Shown: positions 1 to 14,283 of the stretch, piece after piece
Numbering within the stretch: the stretch's first letter is position 1
Layout of the letters: the number at the start of each line of letters is the position of its first letter
Translations under genes and position numbers: made by a program
Source: Tubulanus polymorphus
Taxonomy: Eukaryota > Animalia > Nemertea
NCBI RefSeq assembly: GCF_964204645.1
Contig: NC_134026.1
Span: 25,392,150-25,456,149, forward strand
Length of the DNA stretch: 64,000 nt
Direction: 5' to 3'
Notes under the pieces: model-generated
Databases searched by the model: none
What the model saw: only the letters and a program-made list of their open reading frames with translations
What the model was told of the DNA's origin: nothing

Positions 1-16
1 TTTCATTAAATCCTAA

Positions 17-1400
17 TTGAAACTTGATCTGTGTAACATTTTCCTCGACTATATATCCCGTACTGCTACTGGATATTTGATTAGTGCACCTGGCATTTCT
101 TCATCGAGAATACTCTGGTGTTTTCTGTTAAAAAATAATATCGTTATTGTCGACGAACAAAAATGAGCTTACGATACAAAAATTGAAACCATACAACTAT
201 ATTCCATTAAACCAGAAATAGAACAAGACACAGAATGAGATATTGGACTTGGCAATTTGAGATCTTACGTGTATTATGCGATATTTCACCAGCAGACACT
301 CGTTGAATAAGGAAACCGGGTCTCGCATATATTTGAGATTCTACTCGATACAGAAAGGATATTTTATTGCGCAGAATATTGGGTTATATTCAGAAATATT
401 GATTGCATCCATTATCTACTAATTGAATTAACTTGTATATTTCATGTAATTACAGCACGTCCAATATATATTGCTTTTCATGGTCGCTTTATAAATATTG
501 ATGTTCTTTCGAGGCTAATCACGGGGATGTTATTATTTATGGTGAGGGCTACAGCCGACTGAGAAGATTAGATACATATATCACCAGGCCATTTCTGGCA
601 ATCTCTTAAGTACTAGTTTCATGATAAAACCCCGGAATGAAATAATTAATTCAAAATACAGATTATAGACAAAACCAGTTGAGTACGGTAATCACATCGA
701 CGAAACCTCTGCGAAAGGAGCGTGAAATGAAAGTTCAACTACGCTGGACCCGTTTCACAGTTTTGCGAACTAACTCCCGTTAAAAATATCTCAAACTCAA
801 CTTCTAAGTCAACTTTTAACCCCAAACTGTCGAACTGGTTCCAGAAACATTATCGAACGACCTGTCATTTCCGTATTAGCAGAATCTGAAACAGAGAGAA
901 ATCAATATGAATGGTCCGGTAAGCAGGTTGATCTGGCCGATTCTCTTTTTCCATTTCTGAATCATCCACACGAAGTATTGATGTTGACAATGTCTTGTTT
1001 GCAGAAATGGAAAAGATCGATTTCCCCCGTGCACTAACCGTGCGGGCTTGCGTACACGGAATATGTACTGGAATATGTCACAGGAGCCGACTAGATGCAG
1101 CCGGAGCACATGATGTTTCCGCAATTTAGGACAATAGAGGATGTTATTGTTGTCTCATAATTGCTTCATTAGTTGTAGCACATCCATCACCCTAATCAAA
1201 GGCTTTGCCTAAATTACGCGCGCCGCTGATTTAAAATGCAAATGAGGAGTTCTCGCAGTATCAGACGGTAATGGAAATGGAATCGCAGATGGTTTAGCGG
1301 GATGTAGGCTATATAAATTGTCGTACTACCGACGGGTTCATGACTGGACGACCTCTCGATGGACGACATGCGAAACAAAGACAATCGGCCTTAAACGTCA
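17..1400 (+). pseudogene. Degenerate LRR-coding block
   Basis: LKLDLCNI at 17; IGLGNLRS at 242; CFRNLGQ*RMLLLSHNCF at 1114-1167; LRRCT-like INCRTTDGFMTGRPL near 1314. Stops and frameshifts lie between the motifs. Confidence 0.65.
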
Positions 1401-1894
1401 TTTCTAGCAATTTCCTAACATTGATCGTAATAGATTTGTAATAAACATCTAACGCAGTTGGGCCATGTCGCGGTGCAAGTGCGCGTGTTAGTTGACGACT
1501 GACGACATTCGACTCACTCTAAAACTAGAAGAGAAAGATAAATTTCCGGAGACTGAAGTGCAAACTTTATCACCATGGTGACTGTGTTAGGTAAACAAAA
1601 CCGAGTCGCTTAATCAAATTGAGATTCCATCACCAGCGGGCAATTAAATTTAGAAAAATTAGCGAGAGGCGCTAAATAGCGACGGGAATCCTCGTAGCCA
1701 CGTAGGACAAAGGGCAGCATTTACTACTCCGTGTATTTCTAAGTAAATCTGAAGTGAATTCTTCCGTAGAGCGCTCGATGCCTCACGTATGCTTTATACG
1801 ACCGCGGCCTATTTACGATGTTCAGTCCCCTCCGTATATATTTGAACAGCGAAATGCAATCATGTCTCTAACCGGCGCAGTAGCCATCTTCGTC

Positions 1895-1919
1895 GTGTGT
1901 GTGTGAGAGAGAGAGAGAG
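1895..1919. repeat. Compound microsatellite (GT)5(GA)7
   Basis: gtgtgtgtgtgagagagagagagag is read directly. Confidence 0.9.
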
Positions 1920-1928
1920 TATTATTAA

Positions 1929-3481
1929 GTGTATACAGACGTCGTTTCCGCATTTGCAGTTCGTGCCAATAAAGACAGCGTTCGAAACACCGGAGGGATG
2001 ATCTTTGTCGATGATATTGGTTTTGTATTAAAGAAAACACCGACGTTTGCCAAAGCAGACACTTTCATTTCGATCGGTGTTTTATCGCTACCACGTGTAT
2101 GGCACGTCTATCGTATTCTACCATCCGTGTTCAGAAAGACATCCTACAACATAGTTTTAAGATATGTCCATTTAACATCACCTGGTATATCATGGGGATT
2201 GGACCTTTCTAGACCTTAACCCGGGACCCTCTTTTCACGCTTTAGACACTAAACCCTAATTTTCTAGGTGGAGAAAGCCGCCATTTGGTTTAAGCGCGAA
2301 GACGTCACAACCTGATCCTGAATTATGGAAAGTTCATTTACCGTGATTGAACAAAAAGTAATCATGTGATATCACGAAGCATGATAAACGGTCATAGTTA
2401 GTGAATGTCGATGATATCACTAATTACACTGGTTCGAATCCCATCATTTTCAATCATTGCCGTCATTACCTACGGTTATCGGACAAATATTTCATGGAAT
2501 TTCTGTGTCATATCCAGTCTTCCGACAGTCCCTAAAAAATTGTAACTTCTCCCCGAGTGAACAATAGACCGTCATAACATTTTATCTGGCATTTCACGAA
2601 TTATATTTCTGTTTATTCAAACACAGTATTCATCTTGAATAACAATAAATCCATACAATGAACTCTATATCCGCATCTCCATATGAAACGATCGAGCTAT
2701 TTACGAGATCTAGGCGCTATTTAATTATTAATTATTGTCGATAATAGATAAATGGATGATGAACAGGCGTACCTGGTACATGAGACACCGCGAGAGTGTG
2801 CGACGACGGATCAATTGATCGGTTATAGATACACGCAGAACGGTCTACGCTGAATCATGATTCAATCAGCTAGTCGTTATCCATTTTCAGTGAATAAACA
2901 AAGAAGAAATTACAGTTACGTAAGCTGTCCATATATTCTTTTTTGATATTGGATTACTGTCAAATGCTTCTTAACCGCCAGAAATGAATTTAAGTTTTAG
3001 AAACTTTTTCCTTTAGTTCAAATAGATAATATAATTTATTGCCTAGATAAAAAGAAAACTACATTTTAGACTCGCGCTCATGGAAGGCTGCACTTGAACA
3101 TGGTTGCATTTCAGGGACAGGGCATCGAGTTTCAGGCAATCGTTTTTTATCGTAGAACTGCAAATTGTAAATTCGAGTCAGACATTGTCGTCAACAGCAT
3201 ACGTACGTGGGTGTTTGGGCGAACGACATTCATGGGGTATTTACGCTTTGTACGACAGGATGGATTTCTTGTGGTATGCATGGGATCAAACTACGGTATC
3301 TAACCAGGCATGGCGGCTACAACGTGCAATCGAATACACCGCATCCAACGCAGATGGATACATTCCCAGTTTACTTACCTATATATCTTCACTTACGCTT
3401 GCCAAGAAATTGCGTGCCCGACAGCAATTAATGCACCACACTTTCCGCGTGGTATATTACGTGCGTCGTGTGACGCCATGA
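1929..3481 (+). pseudogene. Degenerate LRR-coding block
   Basis: ILPSVFRK and LRYVHLT in ORF 1929; FQSLPSL / YLRLSDK near 2450; VFILNNNK near 2630; LETFSFSSNR near 2997; NSIRT..GRTTFMGYLRFVRQDG in ORF 3094. Confidence 0.5.
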
Positions 3482-3485
3482 ATTG

Positions 3486-5513
3486 TCACTTCGTCGTCAT
3501 GTTCGACATGAAGGGAAAGGAACCAGCTGTGAGTTTTACCGGTGACAACACACGTATAAACACGTTCAAGAGTGAAACCACCAAAAAATTTTGATTAAGA
3601 TTGTTTGGCCAAGAAAAAGAGACAGTAACAATACCATCGTTGGTAAATATTGCAGATGCGCGAAATAATGTTTCACGATGTAATTTGAAACATAGAAATG
3701 TCAATAACCTCAAATATCCTTGAGTTGAATACGTATACATGCCAACTGAGACAGACTTGGTAGAGACTCGTATATACTTCCATCCATCGAATTCTTCATC
3801 AATCATGTTGTTGACAAAAATAGCTACCTCAAACTAAGCTGGCTCAACAAGATAACAAGACATACCTGCAGAGAGTAGCAGTACACTGTCGTGTGTGTTA
3901 CTGTACATTGTCTCACTGGTCGCGAGAGAGAGAGAGTGCTTCTATTAGGTCAATTATGTCGTTAACAAAGAAATGTTCTGAGAGACCAATCGTTTCGTAG
4001 AAAAAAATGTTCGCACTTGACGAGGTTAGATGTGTATGGTTCACGGATATGTTGACAACAAACCCAGCAAATAAGATTGCGCTTTGATTATTCAATATTA
4101 TAATCGATATGATTGCAAAGTGCTTCATCCGATTTGGGATGAAGTCCCGAGCTTGACCGAAGACATGAGAAAAGCTAAAACGGGAAATAGAGAGATTTTG
4201 TCTGCGTTTCATTGGCTTGCCCTGTGATAATAAATGTGAAGGAACAAACACGTTCACCTGTCCTTAATTGCCGACATCCATAAGCCGTTCTACTTTCCGT
4301 CAATAATGCGCATTGGTTTGTCTGTCTCATCGTACTTTCTTTTAGTTTCGCACAATCAATTTCCCCGGTTAGCTTTCGCAGAACGGCAAAACAGACGGTG
4401 ATATATTGCAATGTCATCGCATCAAGCCGGAATCTCGGCATGCGAAGCCGATCTATAACAAGCCATTCCGGATAATGAAATGTTCACCTCTTTACCATTG
4501 ATACTTGTATCTCTTCAAGGTAACTGTATATTTTCGCGGTCGATGTTCCTCTGGTAAAAAAAGCGTGTCGGGTTGTAAATTGATATCGAAAGCGAAACGA
4601 TTCTGTCGTCGAACTAAGTGAACGGATGCTGCGGGGAGATGGGAATATTCTCTCTTTTTATCACGCCGTATTTGATGCCTTCAAATAAAATTCATAACCA
4701 CAAGGGACGCAAAATCGGCGCATCGAACCGTTTCATGTTGTCAGTTGCGGCTTAAAACTGTTAACTCGAGAAGATAATGTACCATTTCGACGAAACAGGA
4801 CATCAACCGCCTTTGTTCTTCCAACGCACGATCTATCTATAGATAGATATTGCCATTCGGGGGGCCGGATTGTGTAGTTTATCAGAAAATGATTGAATAT
4901 GACAAGATAATTTTCTATATTGCGAGGCAAGAAGGATATGAAATTCTGTGCCGTTGCCTAGCAAGCGTCGGTCGTCGGTGTTTAGTTATCTTTTTGTTGT
5001 CGCGTGATTGGAGCGCGTACGACGCGTAGAAACTGATTGCGATATAAAACTCTCGATGCGTGTTATATTCCCGGATAATCGGCTGAAATTCGAGTATTTC
5101 AGATTTACTACTACGTATCTCGCGGATTGAAATTAATTGAAAAAGAAGAACGATTTCAAAATTCCAAAGGACCTTTTCTATGATAGTTAATGCCGTACAA
5201 AAGGATGACAATTCGACGTCGCCTTCTTCTGACCACTTAGCGCTCTCACTCGACGGGGTGATTGAAACCTGAAAGAGTTTCCTATACGCGCTGTCGACGT
5301 CGTGGCGTCGCAGCTTTCCTCCGTAAGTTGGTTATAAGCGAAGGTGAGAAGGCGGTTGCTCGATAATGTGTTTCTTTTTATCCACGTTGCCTCTGGCCAT
5401 AAAATAATGAATCTTGTCAAGAGCGAACTAGTGATATCGATACGTGTACTACGACACATGGGTGCTGGCGACAAAGAACCAACTAATTTCGTAATACACG
5501 TGATGATTCGCAA
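3486..5513 (-). pseudogene. Degenerate LRR-coding block
   Basis: Six consecutive minus ORFs carry LRR-like text, including LLTFAYNQLTE, RFRLDAMTLQYITVCFAVLRKLT, VVNISVNHTHLTSSSANIF, FDGWKYIRV and LTAGSFPFMSNM. Confidence 0.65.
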
Positions 5514-5912
5514 CTGAGTCCAAATTACTTATATATTCACCGATTTTCTAGTGCATCCAACAGAGTCGTGCCTAAGATTACTGCCATATTTATGTTTACA
5601 ATATTCGACCTAATGGTACACGATTTGTAGTAATTGGCGAAAGTCACCAAAAGGTTATGGGTCGAATGACATCTGTAACCGTAAGCGTAACTGGCAGTGT
5701 ATCACGTGTACTTCCATATCAAACTAATCTTGCCAAATCCTTACTATGGTTCACGACGTACGTATCAATCGCGGATTTTTGGTTTGCGGTATACATAATG
5801 CTTTTCAGTCAACCTTATATCGTAAATTCATAAGCGCCCTTTTCATAATTAATGTTGAAACAAAAATGTCTACAGGAAAGAGTATTGCGTAAAATGAGAG
5901 TGCTACTAAAGT

Positions 5913-8060
5913 ATGTATATGCTCGTTGAAAACTGTCAGGAGTGTTGTGAATTTATGAATATTGATGCGGGTCCCTCGATAAATTCTGCGTTTAATACCA
6001 ATAAACACACACTCTTTAGGTTCCGCGATGCATATTTCAAACCCAAAGACACGGGTTTACGTGTGTACTCCGCATTTATTAATCAGCAATGCTTATTCCA
6101 GTTAGGGATAATCCTTCTTCTGAAATCCGATTATCTAGAATGTATCTTCGTTTCGTTATGCGTAAGCAAAAATGAAATTTTACGTAGGATATGCTTCCAC
6201 ATAGTACACGATTAGATATTGTTTAATGCGTTACGATATCGTATTCTTTTTTATGTTATCTTATTTTTTTCTTGAATTCCGAGCACTTATACCGATACAA
6301 ATGCATTTATTTCGGTTCACCTGGTACAGTCGTGTTTTCGTAGGTGTTGAGCACAAAACCTTTCAAACGAACGAGGCTAATTTTCTTTAGAAAACTTACA
6401 TTCTGGATACACGTGCACACGCGAGTCAATTCAAACAATCCCCGTTCGTCAAAAGTATATACGCATCTTATATATTTCTTCAAGTCGTTGTTTCTAATTC
6501 TAGCGAATAATCATTCAAGAACCCGTGAAGAGGCATGTTATTTTTTGCGTTGGGATATTCCGTCAACCGTAAATTATAATCGAATCGTGTGACGTCACTG
6601 ACGTCTGCGCCGCGATGACGCACATGTTTACCCATCGATTGGCAACGATACGACAAGAGTCTCAGGTGCGCTTTCAGTGTACCGATCCACATTTCTGCCT
6701 TTTTACAATGTCAACCAATTAAGCCAATGTTTCCATCTCAAGACGCATTAAATGTAGCTATCTTCCGTTTGTGTGTTCTCATTCAATCTTCAAAAAACCG
6801 GAATTTTCTTTGTCTTTGCGTACACTATGCAGGCATTATCTTCCAATGCTTTTTTGTCAGTCTGATAATGTCTCATCAATTTCCATGGACTTGAGGATAT
6901 GGATTGAGGCCACCTGAGTACTACTAACTTAATTTTATCACCATTGCTTGAAAGAATCGAATCTAATGACACATTGATGTTTATCTGGATAAAGATTAAT
7001 ATGATGAAATCGCACCAATCACAGACGGTCTAATCATAGACAGCATTTAGAGTCCATGGTCTAATGTACTGATGATAGCACCGGGACTAGGTAGGTTTGA
7101 GAACCTAGCTGATCGTAATCATTAATACACATCCATATACCAAATGCACGGGCGTGCAGCCATTGCTTCATACGTTGGGGCGAAACAAAAAGAGCTCGGA
7201 AAAGTAGCCTATTTCCATTTCCTTTGAACAATCTGGACGTCAAATAATTTGCACGCGCGAGCGGGATTATTGGGCAACTCGATCCGACATCACTACGATC
7301 TGCAACTCAATATTTCGCATTGAATGTTTGACTTTAGCCAATAATTACAAAAGGTACCGCCTGACTATTGTTTCCGCAATCTTGAAACGTCAGGCATTTT
7401 GTGATCAGGCTCTGAATTTTATCTTGGATAGTCGATTCTAAAACTCTTCATGATGCCGCAGTTGGAACCTCCTGGATACGTTCACGTTTTCATAGGTATC
7501 AACCTGTATATAATACATTGTAACTCACCTCAAATACACAGCCGTTATCTTGCTGCAGATCAGATGGAAAAGAAAAATATGACCTTAAAACCAAGAATGC
7601 ACCTTACTCTTGCCATCTGGTTCAAGTTGGGAAGTTCTTTGATAAACAATGTAATGATTAAAACGCGCTTTTTAAGACTTGATTTTCAACTATACCACGT
7701 TGCACCATTCATACACACGTGCATCAAAAAGAGACTGGCACCGAAGAGAGAAAAGCCGATAGCTATTGTATCGTGAATCGTGGCCATGCATCCGATTCAT
7801 TTATTCACACAGATTCTCCGTTTCGTGACACACTGATTGTCCGTAATTTCGACATTTTTAATCAGTGGAACCTCGTTGATACGAATCTTGTCGGCAAAAG
7901 TGAAATTGTCGTATTAACCGGGTTTCGTATCATCCAAAGCTTGATTGATATAAATATCTTAGCTGGGACTTGCGGGAAATCATCATAATAAACGGTTTCC
8001 GTCGAACACAGAATCGTATTAACGAGTTAATATTGCATTGTTTTTTCTTTAAATAGAAGT
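5913..8060 (+). pseudogene. Degenerate LRR-coding block
   Basis: SLCVSKNEI; LFLILANNHSRT; MQALSSNAFLSV near 6830; IECLTLANN(frameshift)LQKVPPDYCFRNLE at about 7319-7390. Confidence 0.65.
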
Positions 8061-8225
8061 TTATATGATAGGAATATGAACTTTCGCATTTCGGTATATG
8101 ACGTTTTACGAAATTTATGACCATCGATTAAGTAATGATCTATTCAAACTCGATCTTACTTGTTCATCGTGTGATTAACAGCAAAATAAAGCATTAGTAG
8201 TTCATTTTTTTTCGCCGACGTTGCT

Positions 8226-9450
8226 TTGAGCGCTGCTTATTGCTTATCGTTCACGTCGAAAATAATTTTATCCGTTTACGTAAATGTTTTATATACATTT
8301 TTACGTTTGGAATTTTATTTTCAGACATCGAAAACACGTGTGCACTGCGGTGCCTGGTGTATTTCGTATGCGTGTTTTTTTGTAAACAGGAAAATATATT
8401 TCAATCTTCTTTCAAGACGCGCGTATCTCTACAAATCGCGGAGGCCAACCGAGCTACTTTCTGCATAATTATAACGAGGCTTCTGGCGTAAATATGTCAA
8501 ATATTGCACAGGTGATGCATCTGAACTATAGCTATCTTTAGAAATACCAATACCAAGAACCTCATTAATTAGAGAAGGTGTTAATTATTATTCGAACCAG
8601 TGCGCAGGCGGCGTGTAAATATCAGAATTTCACCTTTGACATGGCTGAAAAGTAGTAAACTTGATTTTTAACACGGTTCTAGACGAAACACCTTAGTCAA
8701 AACGGTAAGTTAGAAAGCTAGATTTGAATTGTTTGTTGTTTATCTGCCATGAAATATGCTCAACCGATAAATAATTCTACGTATACAGTTCTAGTAAAAA
8801 AGAACGCATAGAATGGTGTTTAGTATTCAGAATTTATCTAAAAACCGTGGCGTACTGGCGACGAGGCTGGGAGGATAAACAAAAGAATTTTTACCGACAG
8901 CGACGCCGCGTAATGACTCATCCATTGTCATCGGTCTGAAGCATAACTCAATTTGCTCGTGGCATCCAGGATAAAGCTGATACCAACTGGAAGCGTTCAT
9001 AATTATGATTTTACGTTGTAAAGTCCTCCGCTAAAACCACCTCCTTCTTCACCGATTAGAAGTTAAGTGCGTAGTGGGCGGTGAAGTGGTTTTATACCGT
9101 AATGTGACAATAATGATACAATGAGTATATTTTCCAGCATGATAATAATTTGTTCCCTTTCATTTCAGTTTCAGCAATGTACGAATAGTATCCTACACAT
9201 GAAATCGATTCTGTTTGTATTGTTTCACACAGCATCCAAATCAACCTGGTTTCGAGCTAAAATATCTCTATTGTTATGATTCTATAGGCTCTATTTCCTC
9301 AGAAAAATACAATATTTTCATTTCCTCTTCCACAGCCCTGCAAAAAAGATAGAACAATCCGTACGTGCAAAGGTTTCTCGCCGTTTAATTCTCCTGTATG
9401 ACGGTGGTGTATGTTAGGATCTAAATACGATAACCTACAGTTGCGAATTT
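8226..9450 (+). pseudogene. Degenerate LRR-coding block ending in a possible LRRCT start
   Basis: LIVHVENNFI; VIGLKHNSICSWHPG at 8927; LKYLYCYDSIGSIS at 9257; NNPY at 9353. Confidence 0.55.
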
Positions 9451-9576
9451 GCTCTTCTTAAAAATCAATCCGGATGGGGAATACGTCATTACGAGGCTCG
9501 TGTGTACACAAGATTTAATCCTCTTTTCTTAGCTAATCCTCGTTATAGCTAATGTTTTATCATCTCGTTTTCAATA

Positions 9577-10000
9577 TTGTCGTGGAAACCTCCTTCTATT
9601 CGTTTTCATGACTCACAGAAGATGCGGACCGAAGGAAACAGAGTAATAATATCTGTGTTTGATGACACTCGTGTCCTACTTCCTTTTTACTGTTTCACTT
9701 GTTATGGGTTCGTTCGTTACATTGTGGGATTTGCACTTAAAAGACTGAAACATTGGATCATACCCTAGTCCTTGCATGTCTAAACATCATTCAAAATATT
9801 TCCAGATCGAATTCTTTCCCCGAATAGAAAATTACGATATCGGAGGAAATAAGCGCGTAGTTCGATTGCTTTGACGGGTTCCTGATCTTCTTTTCGAGAG
9901 ATTTCTTGATAGTTACTGAACTGTATATGCTGTTATTTTTTTGCCCGTGACGAAGCCAATCGGTTTCGTCGTAGCCCGTGTAACGGATTATTTTACGACC
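9577..10000 (+). pseudogene. Degenerate LRR-coding block
   Basis: VRYIVGFALKRLKH; RIENYDIGGNK at 9821; VTELYML near 9912. Confidence 0.5.
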
Positions 10001-10221
10001 GACAGGATATCGGAGAGCAATCACGATATCTTGTAAGGTGCAAATTATTATTATCGATAATCATTGCCGTAAAATATCGCTACTGAATCGACGTTTATGC
10101 TGGCTCGTCAAGCAGCAAAACATGACTCCTAATTCGCAAAAACCCTATACACCCATAAACACAGCATTGCAAAAAAATGATCCAGCTCGGTTCATTTACT
10201 AAAACTCTCTTTCAGGCGCTC

Positions 10222-10556
10222 TTTCTTAAAATCTTTTAATTATCATACATAGATTAACCATTGAACATAATGAAATAATCATTTCATCATTGTTTAGCTC
10301 TTTAATCTAACCTTTCGTCCATCTATGTCATTTCATGCAAGTTTAAAAACAAATCTGTCCACAATCTGCTAAACCTTTATGTTAAAATTTCTTAAAATCT
10401 TTTAATTATCATACATAGATTAACCATTGAACATTATGAAATAATCATTTCATCATTGTTTAGCTCTTTAAACTAACCTTCGTCCATCTATGTCATTTCA
10501 TGCAAGTTTAAAAACAAATCTGTCCACAATCTGCTAAACCTTTATGTTAAAATTTC
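10222..10556. repeat. Two-copy tandem duplication, unit ~166 bp
   Basis: Copies start at 10222 and 10388 (tttcttaaaatcttttaattatcatacatag...gttaaaa). They differ by about two substitutions and one 1-bp indel. Confidence 0.95.
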
Positions 10557-10599
10557 CATTCAAATTTTTATGCATTATATTACACCCATAGTAAGTGAC

Positions 10600-13100
10600 G
10601 TTATAAAAGCGCATCGAATTGAAATTTATATAAACTCAGTATGGATGAAGATATTGACTAGTCGGAATTTATTGAAGTAACGTTTCAGGTAGAAAACCTT
10701 TGCAAACACGCGCGCCATCGGCAGATGTTTCGTAGTTCGGTGGTGCGGATTTTACTTTTATCTACTACAGGTACGATGATGATCAATCGATGATAGGAAG
10801 AATACCCGGGCATGTGAACCTGTAATTGATTCAGATACCGATGTTTCGTTCTCTACCTGGTCAGGTGTAATTCCGGAGAACATATCTGATAAGCTGCCAG
10901 TAATGATAACCGGCGAAATGCCAAGTGTATCTGTCTTCGTCGGAGCTAAGAAAAACGGCAAGTCGGTAATTCCCCTTGCAACGAATATTGTTATGAAGTG
11001 AACGCTTCACTTACGATGCGAATGCTTTACAACATGTTCTTACATCAAACAACGAAATCCGTAACACTTTAGAAATATTTAGAAAAGTAAGATTCTATGG
11101 TAAACCACCCGAAAAAGTCTAATGCGTGGCATTCGATTGAACGTATTTCATCGAAGTTAAAAGAAGATTAGATTTTTGATAAAGGATTCACATTTATTGA
11201 TGTAATAATCGGTAGCTTCTTAATGGAAGGATTTTAGAAAACCAAATTTTCTAAAAGGCTTCCGCATTATGATTGCTCACGTTCTGTATAGATAGGTCCA
11301 TTACTCCATTTGCCGGATCGTTTTTGTTACTGCATGGAAGAAATGAAAATCGCACTGAGATCCGTTCAAGCGCCATCGATTTTGCGCCTACGTTTCACCT
11401 TTCGTTTCCGGAAGATAAAAAACCATTATGATCGCTTTGATAGAAAAATGTCCAATCCGCGCTATAGAGTGAGGAACCATTGATGTGCGCTCGGAGAACG
11501 ATACACTGGAACATTTGAAGGGAAAACAGAGACGCCAGGAATGTAATATCAGTGCATCAGGCACGTCATTGATTGCCGAATGAAATCCCGGAATGCCCTT
11601 TTGTCTCCAACGTGATAAGTTTTCTTAACAGATGAAGAGATAATTTCATCTGGGTCTGAACGATACGGCATTTTATTCTTATTTGATACTCGACGTTTCA
11701 TGTCGGAGAGATTGACAGTTCGAATGTTTTTCTCCTATACAGAGGTTGAAAATAAGCTTAGATAAAAGCGAATTCAGTTTCGACAATCTTTGCATTTAGT
11801 TCAAAGGTATTTGGGAGATTGCGGCGAGAGATTCTCCACACGTTTGCTATGATCCGCTTAGTAAATACTGTCCAAATCCTCGTTTGAATGTTTGAATAAC
11901 GAACTTATACAGCAATATACCATATTCACACATATAGGATTGGTCGTCTGTATTTTCCGGATCAGTGTAACTGGAAATAGGGAGGCTTACAATATTGTTG
12001 GGTCCCTTAAGTTCCCTGTGTCTACATAAGTCAATAGATGACGTATTTACTCACACTCTGACTAATGAAGGCTTACGTGACACACGCAAAATATCGTCGT
12101 GTCGAAATTAATTCGTTTGGTTAAAATCAAACTCGTGTTTGTTTACGATTCCAGTCTCCGGTCTACTCGAATAATAGCGCTTTATCGACCGAGGTCCCGT
12201 TATAAAGGTTTTAGCGCTACTCTTATCGAACATAGATAAGGTTACTGAGCGATTTGGATGTTTAGTCGTACCGCAACTGAGCTTATTCTCAAATACTTTG
12301 GTCATTCGCGGTGAATCCGCTGAGCACGCGCAGTCAAGAAGGCCCTTTGTATTGTATCATCCGTCGGCTGAAGCTATACGTCGAAATTAGCCGTCCAAAT
12401 TGGACGTTCTCAAACGGGCTGCAAAACTAATATCTGTAATACGAACTTCTATCAAATGATGAAGATAATGATAAACCATGTTAGCCGTGCTGTCCAACAG
12501 GGATATCTATCAAATGTAATTCAACTCCAAATCAATTCAGTCAGCCAACTAATACAATGAATAAATCGCTTAAGTTTCCATGCGAAGGAAACCTATTAAC
12601 AATTCAAAGATTCTTCCGATTTTAACTCTCGAGTTTCAGCGAAAAACTGAAAACATTTCAATTGAAATGTTTAGAATACACGAGCATACTTTGCTCCATT
12701 TGTAGATTTTTTAACGGAATGTTTGCGCGATTTCCATTCAGACCTTTTAGATTTTTTACCCTCACGTTCGTGTTGTTTGTTGTGATGTGTACACCTGTAA
12801 AACCGACTATCCTCCAACGATAATATTTACTTGAACAAAATAACATTTATCCAATGAAATCAACGATTATATTTCATTCATAGGACCTCAAAGCCTAGGC
12901 GTTATATAGAAATTTGTCCAAGTTCGTTACTTTTTGTGTGCTTCACGATAATAATCTTTGGCATTTCCATTCTGAAAATTTTTGAAACTCCTTTTGGTCT
13001 GATTTAGCTTATGATATTTGAACATTTTGTATTGAAAAACATTAGACGCACCCCTCTGAAATTGATGTACGTTCATATTTAATGCACTTCGATTTAGCCG
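10600..13100 (-). pseudogene. Degenerate LRR-coding block
   Basis: SDMFSGIT (ORF 10758); HVGDKRAFRD near 11610; KNIRTVNLSD from 11731; PNTFELNAKIVE near 11815; VFENKLS; GLNGNRANIP. Confidence 0.55.
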
Positions 13101-13519
13101 CTGTTGAAGATAAATCTACGAGGTTGAACTTGCGGTTTTTTGAGGCAATTTCAGCGTCTGCGAAGATGAAAATACATCTCGACCGAGACTATATGGATTA
13201 CAGATGTTACACACTGAAGTATTGCATCACACCAGGCGAATTCACTCCACTTCAAAATACATCATCATCCAATGGTCCATAGTAGTAATCCCGCCAGGTA
13301 ATACACACGCTATCTCCAGTTCAACTCAGATAAATAGGGTTTGAATTACCATCGCACTTTCGGAACCATCTTAAAAATCGGAGATATGCACCACAGACAA
13401 TCTCTTTCAGAATTTATGCCGAAGAATTTTAAGAAAGAAGCGGTCTCATAAGGCGTAATCAATGAAAGCACGGGCGTCACCAGGTGGTTGGTGGGTGCGA
13501 ACGACCCCCTTTTGGGTAA

Positions 13520-13881
13520 TAGTGGTCTTTTTAAAATAAGAAAAAAAATCATCTCTTCTGCTGTATAAGTAACGCATTGTATCCACTATGACAACAATTA
13601 AGAACAATTAGAATGATATATTGTAGAGTGGGACTGCAGCTTTAATCCTCTATAAAAATGTAAAATTTAGGGACTATATTGTGGCCTAGGTTGTTTGTTA
13701 AGTTATAGAATTTTAAATCTAGTAGATATTGCCCTTTCAAACAGAATTTCGACCCCCTCCCCTTGAACGATTTTAGGGACACTCATGGAAAGCAGTATTC
13801 TATAACGATAGTTATTGGACATTTTACCATCCATTTGTATCATATTTCTCTTTACGTAAAGGACTGAGGAGCCTCCCTTAA
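13520..13881. mobile_element. Possible non-autonomous DNA-transposon fragments
   Basis: The stretch looks CpG-poor and lacks LRR signal. It has two TTAA-terminated ends (gggactgcagctttaa ending at 13645; gaggagcctcccttaa ending at 13881) and a cccctcccc tract, reminiscent of MITE termini. No matching second TIR was found. Confidence 0.25.
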
Positions 13882-14028
13882 TTTGCAAAAAATGGGCAAC
13901 TATTTACGGTAAACTGAGGTTAAAAACAGCTAGAATGAGTACTGGCGGGTGCGCTTTTCAAATCAACGAAGCAGAGCGGAGAGACATCTGGTTACAAAAT
14001 TCTGAACTAACCAGACAAGCGCTGGGCT

Positions 14029-14283
14029 TTAGTCATTTGTGACACATACGAATGAGACATCAAGATTTACGTGTATTAACTGTTCAGGTATTCCATCCTG
14101 ATGTGCGTCATCCACGGTGAGATAAATACGACCATAAACCAAATTTACGACCTGGATTATCGTGATCCCAACACCAACAGTAGTTAAGAAACTTTGACAA
14201 AAAATGTATTCACCCTTTGCTAATTTACGCTCGAGAAATCGACCGGAACATCTCCAATCTTCACTGGTTCGGTAACGTCTCAA
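14029..14283 (-). pseudogene. Degenerate LRR-coding fragment
   Basis: FLTTVGVGITIIQVV and LIHVNLDVSF in ORF 14029. Confidence 0.4.

Noticed and set aside
1488-1596. First exon with Inr-like ttagtt, caccATGG and donor G|gtaaac
   Set aside because: No recognisable downstream exon gives a known protein, and such signals are common by chance.
3860-3940. Minus-strand non-coding first exon (GA tract, CAG|gtatgt donor)
   Set aside because: It lies within an LRR relic block and has no supporting downstream exons.
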